Assembly (NCBI GenBank): GCA_005778035.1 | Contig: SXKT01000014.1 | Span: forward strand, 9,285 to 73,284 | Length of the DNA: 64,000 nt | DNA from: Chloroflexota bacterium | GTDB lineage: Bacteria; Chloroflexota; Anaerolineae; Anaerolineales; Villigracilaceae | Direction of reading: 5' to 3' | The notes under the pieces: model-generated | What the model was told of the DNA's origin: nothing | The model's database searches: none | What the model saw: only the letters and a program-made list of their open reading frames with translations | Shown: positions 62,471-64,000 of the stretch, piece by piece | How positions within the stretch are numbered: position 1 is the first letter of the stretch | Layout: each line of letters begins with the position of its first letter | Program-made: the position numbers and the translations under genes

Positions 62471-63736
62471 TTAGTGGTGGGCTTGGTGGGCCTTGAATGG
62501 CAGGAACCGGGCGGCCAAACTGAAGGCTGTCCACCAGTAACAGATAACAAAGGTCCCCACCGCAAACTCAACCCAGGTGGGCGTATAGGAATTAAGTCGG
62601 ACGATCGGCGTGAACGGATCGTAGGTGGTTGAGGCGATGAGGCCGGAGAAATTGTAATTCCAACGGGTGATGATCGTAGAGACAACCGGTAAAACTGCGA
62701 TCGCCATCAGCATTTTGAAGCTTTTTACTTTTTCAGCCATCAATAATACAATGCCGGCGATGGCAGGAAATAACGCCTGGCCGAGCCAAAATGAGAGTGA
62801 GTAAGGCGCAACGTTATTGAGCAATTCAGTTTGCAGGGAGATCTGTTCATTGAAACTGTAATAATTGCTGACTGCCCAGTCCCATAGTTTTAGGTAGGTC
62901 AACAGCAATGTTACCGCGCCAGCCAACCTGGCAACGTTGTAGAGGACTTTATCTTCAACAGTTCCTGGCCGCATAACCCTGAAAACGAACACACCCAGAA
63001 TGAATAGCAATGCGGTTCCGCCGCTCATGGCAGAGAACACAAATTGGGTAGGCGCGCTTTGGTTGAACCAAATCCCACGGCCATACAACACCGAATAGGT
63101 TGCCCCCAGCGACGCTTGGTGCAGCAGGGAGAGTGTCATGCCTAATACTGCCAAGATCGGGCCGATCTTGTGCACGTAGTGCATTACGGTTTTCGCAATA
63201 GGAGCAATTTTTTCCAGGAATGGGAACTCCTCCCAAAGCGGGTGTTTTTCAAAGATCGGCGCTTCAAGGATGATCGGCAGCAATTCGATGACCAGAACAG
63301 TAAGGTAGAGTACCACACACATGGTCACTTCCCACAACAGAGAGTGGGGTTGCCAAAACACGACCGGATGCCAAAATCGCAATGGTTGGCCCAGGTCCAT
63401 CAACAGTACCAAGCCGGCGGTCGAGTAACCAAGGAATCCGAGCAGCACTGCCAACTTGCCGATAGCCTCATAGCGCTTCATTTGCAGAATGTAAACAATC
63501 GCCCCAAATACAAAGGCGCTACCACCCAGTGCGATGGAGCTGAGATCGATTGAGATCCAAAGACCCCACGGAACACGGTTTGAGAGGCCGGTCACTTGCA
63601 ATCCATCCCTAAACAGGAAGAAAATTCCCACCATGCCGAAGATCAGGCCGATCCCTAACAGGCTGAGCCAATAGGGGAAGGGGTCTACCATGCGGCGGCC
63701 GATGCGTAATTTTGGAATGATGATCGAATTGTCCAT
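62471..63736 (-). CDS. NrfD/PsrC family polytopic membrane (quinone-interacting) subunit
   Basis: 421 aa and very hydrophobic. N-terminal ..NRVPWGLWISIDL.. pattern. Lies directly downstream of a 4Fe-4S subunit gene. Confidence 0.8.
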   Translation of the reverse strand: MDNSIIIPKLRIGRRMVDPFPYWLSLLGIGLIFGMVGIFFLFRDGLQVTGLSNRVPWGLWISIDLSSIALGGSAFVFGAIVYILQMKRYEAIGKLAVLLGFLGYSTAGLVLLMDLGQPLRFWHPVVFWQPHSLLWEVTMCVVLYLTVLVIELLPIILEAPIFEKHPLWEEFPFLEKIAPIAKTVMHYVHKIGPILAVLGMTLSLLHQASLGATYSVLYGRGIWFNQSAPTQFVFSAMSGGTALLFILGVFVFRVMRPGTVEDKVLYNVARLAGAVTLLLTYLKLWDWAVSNYYSFNEQISLQTELLNNVAPYSLSFWLGQALFPAIAGIVLLMAEKVKSFKMLMAIAVLPVVSTIITRWNYNFSGLIASTTYDPFTPIVRLNSYTPTWVEFAVGTFVICYWWTAFSLAARFLPFKAHQAHH

Positions 63737-63739
63737 GGT

Positions 63740-64000
63740 TTATCCTTCGGTGAATGGGTTGTGGTTTTGGTCTTCCGGAGGAACGTAGTAGACATTGGGC
63801 GCAGTGCTCAATTCAGTATCGCGCAGGCGCAACACTGTCTTCGATTCGCTAAGGACCTGGGAAACAGGGCTGTGCGGGTCGCGAAGATTGCCAAATGCCC
63901 TTGCTCCGGTGGGGCAAGCCACCACACAAGCAGGGGTGGCCAGTGCATCTACTCCGGGCACCATGCCGCGTTGCAAGCCCGAATCGATACGATGCACGCA
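63740..64000 (-). CDS. 4Fe-4S ferredoxin-type subunit (NrfC/PsrB/DmsB-like), C-terminal part only
   Basis: The frame is open to the window edge. ..CVHRIDSGLQRG..PACVVACPTGARAFGNLRDP.. is typical of the last cluster motif of this family. The GTG 'start' in the ORF track is an edge artefact. Confidence 0.75.
   Translation of the reverse strand, partial: CVHRIDSGLQRGMVPGVDALATPACVVACPTGARAFGNLRDPHSPVSQVLSESKTVLRLRDTELSTAPNVYYVPPEDQNHNPFTEG

Noticed and set aside
1-64000. CRISPR arrays, tRNA/rRNA genes, insertion sequences, integrases, prophage or classical defence-system genes.
   Set aside because: I scanned all intergenic gaps (the longest are about 90-240 nt) and found no direct-repeat arrays, cloverleaf-like sequences or transposase/integrase-like ORFs. 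The window looks like core chromosome rather than a mobile island.

Overview
This is a gene-dense 64-kb chromosomal segment with about 64 protein-coding genes. I recognised no rRNA, tRNA, CRISPR array, transposase or integrase. All family calls come from motifs read in the translations, because no database search was possible. The gene content suggests a Chloroflexota (Anaerolineae-like) bacterium, but that is inference only. It rests on a split class-I fumarase, an F420-type LLM oxidoreductase, DUF711, ClpC, many GNATs, and System I cytochrome c maturation with a Cys-type CcmE. Most of the window is housekeeping: metH, coaX, ilvE, rsmI, recN, nadK, clpC, msrA, dus, panB/panE, gdh, lpd and ssb. 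Five regions deserve a second look. (1) A compact ssb / DUF3467-like / TRAX-translin-like operon at 46.7-48.3 kb; this nuclease family is rare in bacteria, and this is my best candidate for an undescribed module. (2) A ten-gene System I ccm operon at 53.7-62.3 kb. It has a Cys (CxxxY) CcmE but retains CcmH, has an unannotated CcmD-like mini-gene, and embeds a 679-aa diheme lipoprotein cytochrome. That cytochrome's cytoplasmic tail motif recurs in the adjacent TM + zinc-ribbon protein. (3) An iron locus at 25.7-29.7 kb with a near-consensus DtxR box overlapping a strong promoter, a membrane-anchored DtxR-FeoA-FeoA fusion, and a two-gene (split) FeoB. (4) A run of GNAT genes with HAD and MFS genes at 31.7-35.7 kb. 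(5) Isolated eukaryote- or archaea-like domains (SET, a B-box-like zinc module, TRAX). A proline-racemase-family gene at 1-901 is absent from the supplied ORF track because it runs off the window edge.
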